Source of the DNA: Macrostomum lignano
Lineage: Eukaryota
Assembly: GCA_002269645.1 (NCBI GenBank)
Contig: NIVC01001608.1
Location: 1-64,000, forward strand
Reading direction: 5' to 3'
DNA length: 64,000 nt
Both the position numbers and the translations under genes were made by a program. The stretch's first letter is position 1; every line of letters starts with the position of its first letter. Below, piece after piece: positions 1 through 19,100 of the stretch. Below the pieces are notes generated by a model. The model was given only the letters and a program-made list of their open reading frames with translations, was not told the origin of the DNA and made no database searches.

Positions 1-482
1 GGTGGTGGGCGGGGGAGGCGCTGGCGCGGCCGGAGCGGAAGACGGCGCTCGTGGAATTCGAAGGCAGCAGCGGCGAACGCTCGCACAGGCGGAGGCGGCG
101 GGCGCGGACGGCGCGGCTTCTCCGGCGCCGGTTTTGGCTGCGCCGCCGCCGGGACCTGGAAGAGGCAAGAGGGATTCAATGGGGTTGAGTAGCATAGCGG
201 TAACGCGTCCGACTCGAGACCAACCAACTAACTTACTAACTAACTGACTGACTAACTGACTGACTGACTAACTGACTGACTGACTAACTGACTAACTAAC
301 TAACTGACTGACTGACTAACTGACTGACTGACTAACTGACTAACTAACTAACTGACTGACTGACTAACTAACTAACTAACTAACTAACTGACTAACTAAC
401 TAACTAACTGACTAACTAACTAACTAACTGACTAACTAACTGACTAACTGACTGACTAACTGACTGACTAACTGACTGACTG

Positions 483-513
<31 letters not shown>

Positions 514-594
514 GACTAACTGACTAACTGACTGACTAACTGACTGACTAACTGACTGACTGACTAACTGACTAACTAACTAACTGACTGACTG

Positions 595-625
<31 letters not shown>

Positions 626-2362
626 GACTAACTAACTAACTAACTGACTAACTAACTAACTAACTGACTAACTAACTAACTAACTGACTAACTAACTAAC
701 TAACTGACTAACTAACTAACTAACTAACTGACTAACTAACTAACTGACTGACTAACTAAGTGACTAACTAACTGACTAACTAACTAACTAACTGGCTAAC
801 TAACTAATCAACTAACTGACTAACGTAGCCATCTGCATTTTAAACGAGAAGATACACATGACCCACATTCCACAAAACAAAAGTGATTTGACATTGAACT
901 GTACCTTAGACGCACCAGTCTCCACGCCAGCAGTATAGCCCTGTGATTTAGCCAGCTCCATCAGATTCTGAATGCCGCCGTGTCTGTCAGCGAATTTGTT
1001 CAGAGCCTGCGGCCCGGTCGGACTGGCCGCCACCTTCGCCTGCAGGTCGGCGTCCAGGCTGCCAAACAGCTGGCGCAGCACCGGGTCCGACTGCCAGTCG
1101 AACTGGTCGATTCTGGCCGCGTTGTCGGCCAGGGTGTCGACTCCGGCGTGCTGCACGTGCGAAAGTTCTGCGGAGCGCCGATGTCTTGACGGCGGAGGCG
1201 GCCGCGCGTGAGGCGACGGTGCTGCGGATGGTGGACGGCTGAATGGGGCGCTGCCAACGCTGTCATCGGGGTGGCGGTTGACGGAGCGGCTGCAGAGGAC
1301 TGCGGCGGGACCGGCGCTGCGCTGGTGGCCTCAGAGGTTGGCCGATGGTGGCGCTGGGAACGGCGGAGGGCGATTCTTATGGAGGGTGGGGCGATTCTTA
1401 TGGAGGGTGGGGGCGATTCTTATGGAGGGTGGGGGCGATTCTTATGGAGGGTAGGGGCGATTCTTCAAGAGGGTGGGGCGATTCTTATGGAGGGTAGGGG
1501 CGATTCTTATGGAGGGTGGGGGCGATTCTTATGGAGGGTGGGGGCGATTCCTATGGAGGATGGGGCGATTCTTATGGAGGGTGGGGGCGATTCTTATGGA
1601 GGGTGGGGGCGATTCTTATGGAGGGTGGATTCTTATGGAGGGTGGAGCGATTCTTATGGAGGGTGGGGGCGATTCTTATGGAGGGTGGGGGCGATTCTTA
1701 TGGAAGGCAATCAATAGCGCGAGCCCCAGACACTAAACCAAGCAGTTATCGCAGTAAAAATCTGCTCTCACCAACTTGCTATCCGCATTCACACTCGACT
1801 TCACCCTCCTCAAAGACAGCCGCCGACCAAACCCGCTGCCGCCACCGCCGCTGCGAATAGGCCGCGAGGCCGGGGCCAGAGCTGGCTCAGCTACTTGCCT
1901 AGCCGGGCCCATCTTCAGTGCCTGCAGCTTGACGCACTGGCCCAGCCTAGCCCCCTCGTCCAAGCCGGTGTCGCAGTCGGCAAAACAAAAACCGACAACA
2001 CAATTAGCCGCCTCGAAGTGATGAAAGAAGTCGTAGGCGCTGTGGTACTGCATGCCCGGATACAGGTCCTGGTCTAGCGCCGGCTCCTGCCGGATGTTGT
2101 CCATGTCGTAGAACTGCACGGCGAATCGATGGCCGGGGCGGCGGACAAAGCAGACGACGCCGGTGGCCAGTGGCACCCAGCGGCTTGGCGGCGGCGTCTC
2201 CTGGCCGCGGTACAGCCGGGCCACGGCGCTGGCCAAGCACTGACAGCCGCTGCGGGCCAGACAGGCTGACAGGGCGGACTGTTCACCTGGCGTCAGCAGC
2301 TCGCTCCAGCTGTGACTGACGCCGCCACCGCCGCTGCCGCTGCTGCTGTCGTTATCTGCAGC
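1..2362 (-). CDS. WASL: WASP/N-WASP-like actin nucleation-promoting factor, 5' part (WH1, CRIB/GBD, start of Pro-rich region); continues beyond the left edge
   Basis: Exons (minus): 2362-1772 with WH1 (SELLTPGEQ..CLASAVARLY..W..GVVCFV..QDLYPGMQY..FFHHF..GFCFAD); 1353-905 with DIGAPQNF/HVQHAG and the GBD helix (DPVLRQLF..FADRHGGIQ); 155-<1 Pro/Ala-rich. GT/AG junctions at 1771/1354 and 904/156; the first is phase 0 and in frame. One frame change at about 1160. No in-frame ATG in the first exon. Confidence 0.85.
226..823. repeat. (CTAA/CTGA)n mixed tetranucleotide microsatellite in a WASP intron
   Basis: About 600 bp of interleaved ctaa and ctga units. Confidence 0.95.
1368..1705. repeat. 22-nt minisatellite (gggcgattcttatggagggtgg) in a WASP intron
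   Basis: Direct tandem units; repeat-derived ORFs show a 22-aa period. Confidence 0.95.
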
Positions 2363-2414
2363 CTATAGTGTGCATTATGCAGAAACTTTTATGAATATCA
2401 GAGCAGTTCTAACT

Positions 2415-2826
2415 GAGATTTCAGATCTATAAGTGGGCTGGGGCGGAACCAATTCAGATCTATAAATGGGCTGAGACGGAACCGATTCAGATCTATAAGT
2501 GGTCTTAAGCAGAACCGATTTTCAGATCTATAAGTGGGCTTAAGCAGAACCGATTCAGATCTATAAGAGGTCTTAAGCAGAACCGATTCAGATCTATAAG
2601 AAGTCTTAAGCAGAACTGATTCAGATCTATAAGAGGTCTTAAGCAGAACCGATTCAGATCTATAAGAAGTCTTAAGCAGAACTGATTCAGATCTATAAGA
2701 GGTCTTAAGCAGAACTGATTCAGATCTATAAGAGGTCTTAAGCAGAACCGATTCAGATCTATAAGTGGGCTTAAGCAGAACCGATTCAGATCTATAAGTA
2801 GGCTGGGGCGGAACCGATTCAGATCT
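2415..2826. repeat. 33-nt minisatellite (gcagaaccgattcagatctataagaggtcttaa) between UXT and WASP
   Basis: About 12 tandem units; 11-aa period in ORF 2505..2837. Confidence 0.95.
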
Positions 2827-2997
2827 AATTTCCGCATAATCTAAAAAAGTACACCATAGACTTCAATACACGGCTACTCCACAGAGGTTTTAAAATAATT
2901 GTGTAAAAACAAAAGCTGAAAATTATTCTCTAACAGAAAATATTTTATTTACAAAAATAGCCAGACTAAATCACTCTAATGACAGGTATTACTTAAG

Positions 2998-3456
2998 TTA
3001 TTCATTGCAAGGCAGAGCAGACAGGCCATAGGCGAACAGAGCCGCATAGGCCTGTATCTGGCCAATCTTACTGCAGGCTGCCTCTCGCTCAGCCTCCACG
3101 CTGGCCAGGCGGGCACTGGCAAACTCTGCAGCCTCATCCAAGCTCATCTCCAGATGCACATCCATACCAATGTTAACGCACAAGCAGCGCTTAAAATCTG
3201 ACTGTTTAGTTCCAACAGCGACGCGAGCTTGGACGAAAAATTCGCAGCCAAGATCGCCGAGAACATTGATGAAGCCATGCTGGCTGCACTCAGACTCCAA
3301 CGTGGCTACAGTCTGGCGCAGTGCTTGCAACTGCTCAATGTCTCTGTCAAGCTGGTTCCGCCTGCTTAGCCAGGCCTCCAGATCGGCTAGCAGCTCATTG
3401 CGCAGAAAGGCGCGAAATCTGTCTAACTGGTCTGGCTGCGGCTGAACTGATGCCAT
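2998..3456 (-). CDS. UXT: UXT (prefoldin alpha-like), intronless, 152 aa
   Basis: F..FL.NELLADL..., DLGCEFFVQA, VNIGMDVHLEMSLDEAAEF match UXT (DLGCNFFVD, VALGYGFFLELTLAEALKF); ATG to stop intact. Confidence 0.85.
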   Translation of the reverse strand: MASVQPQPDQLDRFRAFLRNELLADLEAWLSRRNQLDRDIEQLQALRQTVATLESECSQHGFINVLGDLGCEFFVQARVAVGTKQSDFKRCLCVNIGMDVHLEMSLDEAAEFASARLASVEAEREAACSKIGQIQAYAALFAYGLSALPCNE

Positions 3457-3798
3457 GCTATTGATATTTGGCTAACTGGGGGCCAATACTGCATGCATTG
3501 CAGACAAAGTTAGTAGTGGGAAATTGCTTTCACAACAATTTTATTCGATTTCAAAAGTTTGCCAAAACCTTCTGTGACTTGAGACATTACTGATATATAC
3601 TTATTACTATAGTTTTAAATAAAGCTACCAATTTTACAATATTATAGAATAGGCCTAATAAACTAAAAAGGTCTATAAAGGTATATTAAAAGGTCTGATT
3701 GAAAGATACTTTTAAGCAGAAAATTTATAAATAAAACTTTGATTATACAATTATAGCTTAAATAGTAAATTATAATAATACTATAGACCAAAATATAT

Positions 3799-3930
3799 GG
3801 GATTGTAGCCTTCTAGTAAGAGTGAAAGACTTATGACCAAAAGATTAGGGTTCAATTCTTGGCCTATCTAAAGCAATTTGTATCCCTAGGAGACACTTAA
3901 TTCTGTTTGCTTCAGTTTATCTAGCTAAAA
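3799..3930 (+). mobile_element. Degenerate tRNA-headed SINE-like remnant
   Basis: A-box-like tagccttctagtaa and B-box-like gggttcaattct, followed by a CORE-like stretch (gacacttaattc..gcttcagtttatctagct aaaaaatagg). Confidence 0.35.
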
Positions 3931-6900
3931 AATAGGCACTATCATTGTATTATTAGTTAGGATATAATTGAAAGTATGTGGCTAATCTTTAGTCTATAGA
4001 CTGAATACTAAATTGCCATATATAACTTTTAGCTATACTACACAATAGCTAGCTATACTTATAGCTGAGCTACTAGTTGCATATCTGCCTATTAAGGTAG
4101 GGTGTCCAGTGAGCCTATTTTTAGCGTGTGCAAAACCGAAAAATGGTAAAAAAGTGGTCTTCTTTAAACAAATGTAACTTTTTAAATATTTAAGATATGA
4201 CAACGTTCTTATATTCATTGAAAAGAAGGCAAACAGATCTTTCAAACGACATATAGTTTACATGTTTAGGACAAACGATTACAAAGATACAGACTGTCAA
4301 ACATTGTGTACATTTTCAAAACTGTGCCAAATTTGCTTGAAAATATGGGATCGGGAAGATTCGTTTTTTAGTAAATGAGTGCATAACTGCTAAGAATGCT
4401 TGCACACTGAGTGTAGGTAACTTCCTGGAGGTCATTTTAAGTGAACTTTTTTTGTTCAAAAATATGTACATGTACATGTACATGTAAAATTTAAAATGGC
4501 CATAACTTTTGAATGGAAATGAGCGGCCACCCTAATTATTTTTGCTACTTAATTTTAATGACAAAATAAAACTTTTAGGCTAGACAGGATTAGTGTAACT
4601 CTTGCCACAGTATGCTTAATGGAAATCGTCAAAATGCATGCAAATCCCCATAAGGGACATAAAAATTGGGAAATTTTTGAAGCTCGAAAGAATGGCCAGT
4701 TAGTTTATTCGATAAAATGATAGCAAAACAGGCAAAACTCTTTGTCCTAAAGGAACATCCTGATAGCTATTGCTGCACCAAAGTTATTAAGCATAATTGG
4801 CACAGGTGTTCCTGCAAAATACACTACAGAGATAGGAAAAATGTACATTGAGGGGTTGTACATTCGAAAAGAAGTCATATATGCAATCTTTTTTAAAATG
4901 ATAGCAGGACTTAGGAGGATATATCCATCCTTTACTTGCAGATCTTGCAGATGCCAGACACGCTGCACCTACATGTATACAGTATCTGCTATGAGCGCTT
5001 GACAAGCTCATGGTGCAGCTTTCTACACAGTCGCCTCTGATCATTCCAGCTGGGCCCGAAGATTGCACTTCGAAGCTTCTTGAAGGCCTGCATTGGCGCC
5101 ACTTTTCTCTAAAGGGGACGAGGTAACAGCAGCAGCAGAGAAATGTTGGCAAATTGGCGTGCTGGAAGTCGACTCTGGCACAGTTGCAGCTGGGACCACT
5201 GCAGGAAAGACAAGTGTCTGGTCCATGTAGATGGCCCAGGGATTCTGCTTGCCAGCAGCTTTCTCGCGCACCTTCGACCTCAACAGGTCCCGCATTTTTT
5301 CCTTCACTTTCATTACTGCCTGCCACAGCCACAGGTTATAAAGTTATAAAGTACATCTGGTTCAGTGTATACAGACAGACTGATACATTCTGCCAAGCTA
5401 ATTAATACAGTATTAAAGCACTAAAATGGAACAGCTGAGTAAAAGCTGAGCTGATTAAAAGGGTTCTCAGTCTCCCACAGTCAATTCAGCTTCTAGCAGA
5501 CAAACTGACTGGGAATGAAAATGGGAGCAGACGAATTGACTGTCATACTCTCATAATGTACATGTACATATACAATGTAATCACGCTGTGTAGTGTACTG
5601 CCCCCAAGATTGTTAGATTAGCTACAAGTGAGTCACTAATGCGACACAAGGTAATTAAGGTAAGTTTAATAAATTAATAACTATTAATATAACAATAATA
5701 AAAAGAAAAATCTCAACATAAAAATGTTACTTTGATAATTTAAATTAAGAAAAAGCACTTTCCTTAGGCTTAACAGGTAATTGTTATACGGAATGGATTT
5801 TGAATATAAAAAATCATTTTCCTGACCACTTGTTTTTATCATAATATTTTCTATTTTATGGCAAAACTGATTCCAAAAAAATTTAAATAGGCCAAATTAG
5901 GTATTTGAATAGAAATTGTATATTGAATAATTATGCTATGATATATAAAAAATATTTCACCAATCACAATAAAAAAGTAACAACTATATGCCTAGAATCT
6001 AGATTATTGCTTAAGTTCAAATGCATTTCATTATTCAATTTTAGAATAAGATTAAGCTAAGTTTTCTATCAACTAAAACTGACAATAGCAGAATTAAAAC
6101 CCATTTTAAGCAATTAACAATATTAGGCCTAACACTAACAGTGTGTTGGTGCCAAAAATTATACTTTGCAAAAACATACAATATATAATATACTAGAGCT
6201 TACCAAGCAAGAACATTAAAATAATTATTTTATAGGCTAATAGTTAGTGGCCTAACTTATTTGTATAAAATTTGCTTGTTTAATTCAGATGGATTTTAGA
6301 TTGCTTGTTATTAATATTGATAGCCCCTATCAATTTGTTGAAAAAAAGTAAAATTTCAAAACTTCATATAAAGTACTTAATTTTTCAAAACCATGCTGAT
6401 TTAGTGATTATCTGTAAATTGTTTGTAAAATAGGTCATTTAGCACCAATGTATCAGTAGACTGTCAATGGACTCAATGAACAATGGTGAATGTGACTTCT
6501 GTGATTCGGATTCTTGTGAAGAACTCAACTAGGCCTACTCAACTCAGGTTTTTTAGTGAGTGACGTTGGACGTATCCGTGCGCTTTCTAAATTTATATTC
6601 TCTGATTAAGATCTCGATATTTATTTTTGAATTAAAAAGCTTGGTAACTGCAGCTAGAGTTTACCAAGATAAAAAATTTTAGGTTGCAACTATTTTTGAT
6701 CAATCGTTTTAGGGGCGATTATAAAACGTAGTGACGTTTTGTTGATTGCGCTTGAAACGTGTTAGTTCAAGTTTTCTAATTTCAAAGAAATACGAGTAAC
6801 ACAACTCTGAATCAATCAACTAATCTATTTTGTCAATCATTAAAACAGGGCTGCTGCTATTAGACATTTGTGAAGAGGGTAACGATCAACATAGAAAATA

Positions 6901-7618
6901 TTTCATACCTAAAGACATTTTTTATTCTATGACAATTTAAACAATTTTTTTCAAAAAAAATTATTTGTATTTATGCAATGCAATACAATAACTTCACGGC
7001 AGAGCTATGGCTATGTGAACAAGATTACTTCTTAATCTGTCTATCTGCCATGATATATTATAAGTACTGATTTACTTGTTGGAAACATGGGTATAAAAGA
7101 ATACTTTAGAAACAACAATGTGTACTTATTCCACTGGATCATGTCTATAATGAGCATATAAATAATTTTTTGTCAATAATATTTTATGTATAGTAGACCC
7201 AAAAGCATATAAAATGTGTTTATAGTGCCAAGGAATTGTGTACTTTTCACTTTTTGTAGCCCCACTCCTAAATAAATTAACTTAAGCCAAATACCATGTG
7301 CTAAAAAATAAATTTAAGTTATAAAAATGTTGTTAGCACTGAAAATAAATATCAAAACAATAAAGTAAAGGTAATGGTTGAGATAACTTAATGAATCAAA
7401 GTGTTCAAAAAGAAGATTAAGGCCATTCAAAGATGAAAATATATAATCCATTTACTCCAACTTATTGTTTGTATTTTGCACCAATTTTGTATTTTGAACC
7501 TATATCATGATTAGGCCTAGTTTTTTTAAAATACTAGGCCTACTTGTTCAAAATAGGTCACACTATACCTTAATATTTGAAATCTTGTTTGCCAACATTT
7601 TTTTCAGAATCAAGTATC

Positions 7619-14347
<6,729 letters not shown>

Positions 14348-14964
14348 GGAAGGAACCTTTTGCTGAGGAAAAAGTTTTTTCACTTTTGTTAAACAATTCA
14401 TATCCACCTCTGGAAGACTGGATCTTGCGCCAGGATCTACAGATTTTTTTGTTCTAAAACTTTTGTTTATTTAATTTTATTTTCCGTTGAATATCAAACG
14501 TTTTAGTTGCAAGATTTTTTGCATACTACTTAGTTGATTTTTTGAGTATTTTATTTGCGAATTATTGCTCATAAAAAGTGATTTCATTAAATATTATTTA
14601 GAATTTAGAACCTGTATTTAGAACGCGTTTTATTCAGTCTATCATACTAGTTTTCTCAATGATTTTTCAATATCGATTCCATATTCTAAGAGGATTTTTA
14701 ATAGCTCAAATGCTTCTCTTTTTGTAAATCTTTTTTTTCAATTCAAGTGATTAAAATGCAAAAAAATTACGCAATACACTGTAAGTTGTGAAGCCAATTT
14801 GCAAACATTAATTTAAATTTGTTTTGCGAAATCACATTTTATTCAACCATTAAGACAGAAGTAAATATTCTGGGGATATCACAGATATGTAATAAATCTA
14901 TTGCATTACTTTGCATAGTATCTGTGGGCAGAATAAGCTTAGCTAATAATCTCATCGAATCTAT

Positions 14965-15815
14965 TCTTCTCAGCTCGTCTTGATCTCAGCTCGTCTAATC
15001 TTGGCTTGTCTAATCTCAGCTTTTGTAATTTCAGCTCATCTAATCTCTGCTTCTTATATCTAATCTCAATTCGTCAAAACTCAACTCATCCAATCTCAGC
15101 TCAACTAATCTCAGCGCATCTAATCTCAGCTCGCCTAATCTCTGTTCAACTAATCTCAACTCGTCTAATCTCAGCTAATCTAATCTCAGCTTGTCTAATC
15201 GCAGCTCATCTAATTTCGGCTTGTCTAATCCCAGCTCATCTAATCTCAGCTTGTCTAATCCCAGCTCATCTAATCTAAGCTTGTCTATCTCAGCTCATCT
15301 GATCTCGGCTTGTCTAATCCCAGCTCATCTAATCTCGGCTTGTCTAATCTCAGCTCATCTAATCTCAGCTTGTCTAATCCCAGCTCATCTAATCTCAGCT
15401 TGTCTATCTCAGCTCATCTGATCTCGGCTTGTCTAATCCCAGCTCATCTAATCTCGGCTTGTCTAATCTCAGCTCATCTAATCTCGGCTTGTCTAATCTC
15501 AGCTCATCTAATCTGGGCTTGTCTAATATCAGCTCGTCTAATCTGGGTTTGTCTAATCTCAGCTCATCTAATCTTAGCTCGTCTGATCTCAGCTCATCTA
15601 ATCTCGGGTTTTATAATCTCAGCTCATCTAATCTTAGCTCGTCTAATCTCAGCTCATCTAATCTCGGGTTTTATAATCTCAGCTCATCTAATCTTAGCTC
15701 GTCTGATCTCAGCTCATCTAATCTTAGCTCGTCTGATCTCAGCTCATCTAATCTCGGGTTTTATAATCTTAGCTCATGTAATCTCGGTTTATCTAATCTT
15801 AATCAGCTCGTCTGA
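14965..15815. repeat. 15-nt minisatellite (aatctcagctcatct) between SGK3 and the phosphatase
   Basis: 5-aa periodic ORFs (SAHLI/SSSNL). Confidence 0.9.
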
Positions 15816-16138
15816 TCTTAGATTGTTTTTTGAAAACCGCCTTTATAGCGCTTTTTAACTAAGAACTAAGAATTAAAATAAACGCACAACCTAAATGCAT
15901 ACGCAAAATGCATGCTATCTTTATTCAGCGAACTTCCTCATTACCATAGACAGTAGCTGGAACTCCAATCTTTCTAGCCGCGTGAGGGCTGCCAACTGCT
16001 GCCCACTAACTGGGGGGATTTGCTATTGCAGACAGACACTAATTAAATAAGAAATGCTTCCGCTGTCTCCCGAAATGTGAGTGAATTGGTTGCTGAATTT
16101 AATAAAGAACTAGGTACCAATCAATCAGGACAGCAGCC

Positions 16139-19100
16139 ATGCAAGTCAACCAGATGGACAGCCAGTTAAAGACGCCCAAAGTCCGCAGCAACGAGCCCTG
16201 CTGCGCGGCCGTTCGCAGTTCCAACTTGCCGAAGAACGAAGACGGCAGTCTCAAGATGAAAGCGTTTTACAGCTACCTGCCCAGCGGCAAATACCGGGAC
16301 GAGATGCTGAAGTACTCCGACTTGTCTGTGCTGTTTGGCAAGCTCAAGTACAACGCGTTCTTTAATCGATTTGCTGAGGATCGCCTGCTGCGAGGCGCGC
16401 ACGACGGGGACTCGCGGCTGCGCTTCTCTCAGGCTAGGTACGCGCGTGAATTGCTCTCATGTGGCGGCAATTCCGAGGAAAATCCGCGGGAATGCCGCGG
16501 CTGCTTTTAGCTTCCGGCCTTCTTAGATAGAATCTTGGCTGGGACATAAAAGAAAAGAAGAGAGAAGAAACGGAAACCGCGGTAGAGATTTGGGGGGGGG
16601 TCAAGAGAGTGAGGAGGGACAGGCCGGTAGAGAGATGCGGGGGAGGAGGGTGAGAAGGGAGGAGGGGCAGAGGCCGGTAGAGAGATGCGGGGGAGGAGGG
16701 TGAGAAGGGAGGAGGGGCAGAGGCCGGTAGAGAGATGCGGGGGAGGAGGGTGAGAAGGGAGGAGGGGCAGAGGCCGGTAGAGAGATGCGGGGGAGGAGGG
16801 TGAGAAGGGAGGAGGGGCAGAGGCCGGTAGAGAGATGCGGGGGAGGAGGGTGAGAAGGGAGGAGGGGCAGAGGCCGGTAGAGAGATGCGGGGGAGGAGGG
16901 TGAGAAGGGAGGAGGGGCAGAGGCCGGTAGAGAGATGCGGGGGAGGAGGGTGAGAAGGGAGGAGGGGCAGAGAGGCCGGTAGAGAGATGCTGGGAGAGAG
17001 GACAGGGGAAGAGGGACAGAGGCCGGAAGCTAATGCAATCTAATATTAATATTATATTTTTGCGTGCGAACTGCGCAGGCTAAAGATAGTCTGGGGCCCG
17101 GACACCAAGGAGGACGAGCTGAATGCCTACCGCATCATGGTGCTGCTCATGCTAGTCCGCTACTCGTTGATGCGCCACGACAGCTGCGAGGATCTGCCAG
17201 CGCCAGCCTACGTCATCACGGATATCCACGGGCAGTTCAGCGACCTGCTGGAATGGCTGTACAGGATTGGCGGGCCGGAGCACTGCGACACTAACTTGGT
17301 CTGCTGCGGTGAGTAGCTGGGAACTATGGCTATCTGATGCAAACGGTACCTAAGCCAAGAAGCGTCTCAGAGTCACATGCGTCATCCCAGAGTCACATGC
17401 GTCATCCCAGAGTCACATGCGTCATCCCAGAGTCACATGCGTCATCCCAGAGTCACATGCGTCATCCCAGAGTCACATGCGTCATCCCAGAGTCACATGC
17501 GTCATCCCAGAGTCACATGCGTCATCTCAGAGTCGTTTCAGAGTCGTTGCAGGTAGCATGGATGAAGTAGGAAAGAAGTGACATGACTTTAGACGATTCT
17601 TAAACAACGAGATGTCACGGTGCAAGTCGCCTAAAAGTCGCCAAATAGTCGCCTAAAAGTCTATTTGAAGAATTTTTATCGTCCACGACTCTGGGGCGTT
17701 GCATAAAACGACTCTAGCTCTTGGAAGATTTTTCGAGCGTGATGCGCTCGTGACTTAACTGTTGTTTGCGTTGCATTTCAGTCGTTAAAGTTGTTAAAAA
17801 GTCACAAGAATCGCCCAAGAGTCGATAGAGTCACTTGTGAGCTGCCTGAAGTGACTCTTTATAGCGATTCTTGTTAACTTTTTCAACGGGTTGGCTAGTT
17901 TTACCGTAGATTGAACCCGAAAGTCAGTGGCATTGAGCAGGAGAGTCAGTGATATTGAGCAGGAGAGTCAGTGACATTGAGCAGGAGAGTCAGTGATATT
18001 GAGCAGGAGAGTCAGTGATATTGAGCAGGAGAGTCAGTGACAGACATTGAGCAGGAGAGTCAGTGACATTGAGCAGGAGAGGCAGTGACATTGCGCATGA
18101 GTCAGTGGGATAATTCCGTAGAAGCAGCGGTGGGATTTCTTCACTCCGCTCTCATCGCCGACGCCCGCAGGCGACATGGTGGACAGGGGGCCGCAGCAGC
18201 TGGAGACGGTGTGCCTGTTCCTCTACTATAAGCTGCGCTATCCCTCCCGCGTGTTCATCCTGCGCGGCAACCACGAGGACTTTGAACTGCACGAGACCTA
18301 CGGGTTCTACGCTGAGATTGAGGAGCGATTCCACGGTGGGTGTTCTTTGGAAAGCCAGATCCCATATCCCGAATGGGAAATCTCAGATCAGTAAGATACC
18401 AGATCCCAAATTGGAAATCTCAGATCAGTAAGATCCCAGATCCCGAATGGGAAATCTCAGACCAGCAAGATCCCAAATCCCGAATTGGAAATCTCAGACA
18501 AGAAGATCCCAGATCCCGAATAGGAACCTCAGGTCACTTTAAGATCTCAGATCCCCAAGCAGAGATCCTCTTAATCCTTTTTAAGATTGTATACTATTCC
18601 AATATAAGAAATTTCTAATTACAGGAGTCGTATTTCCCTATGCGTAAGATATCCCCTAGATCAGCACTAGACAGTACAATTATGAAACACTGAAAATGAT
18701 TTCTTAGAATCTTATTCAAAAAGCCGCTTGAATACCGCAGAGAACGCCGTCAACGCGGGCCACCGTCGCCTGGCGCACGGGCTTTGGCGCATGTTTATCC
18801 ACGTGTTCGACTACCTGCCCGTGGCCTGCGTGCTCGAGCAGCGGATTCTCTGCCTGCACGGCGGCCTCAGCCCCGCCCTGTCCGCCTGCCGCACCTGCCA
18901 GCGCCAATGCGAGCGCTGCCCGCTGGGCACCGTCTGTCAGCGGCACAAGGCCCAGCTGGCGCCTGGGGCGCTGACCTCCTATCTCAACTGGAAGGTGAAA
19001 ATTTCCCCTGCCAAGTGCTAGGTCAGTCTAGCAATCCAGTGATGTTTGAGCTCAGTCTAGCAATCCAGTGATGTTTGAGCTCAGTCTAGCAATCCAGTGA

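Noticed and set aside
4747-5405. Overlapping ORFs with a SWIM-like C..CxH string
   Set aside because: Incomplete motif, no consistent frame or splice model; possibly a TE remnant but not supportable
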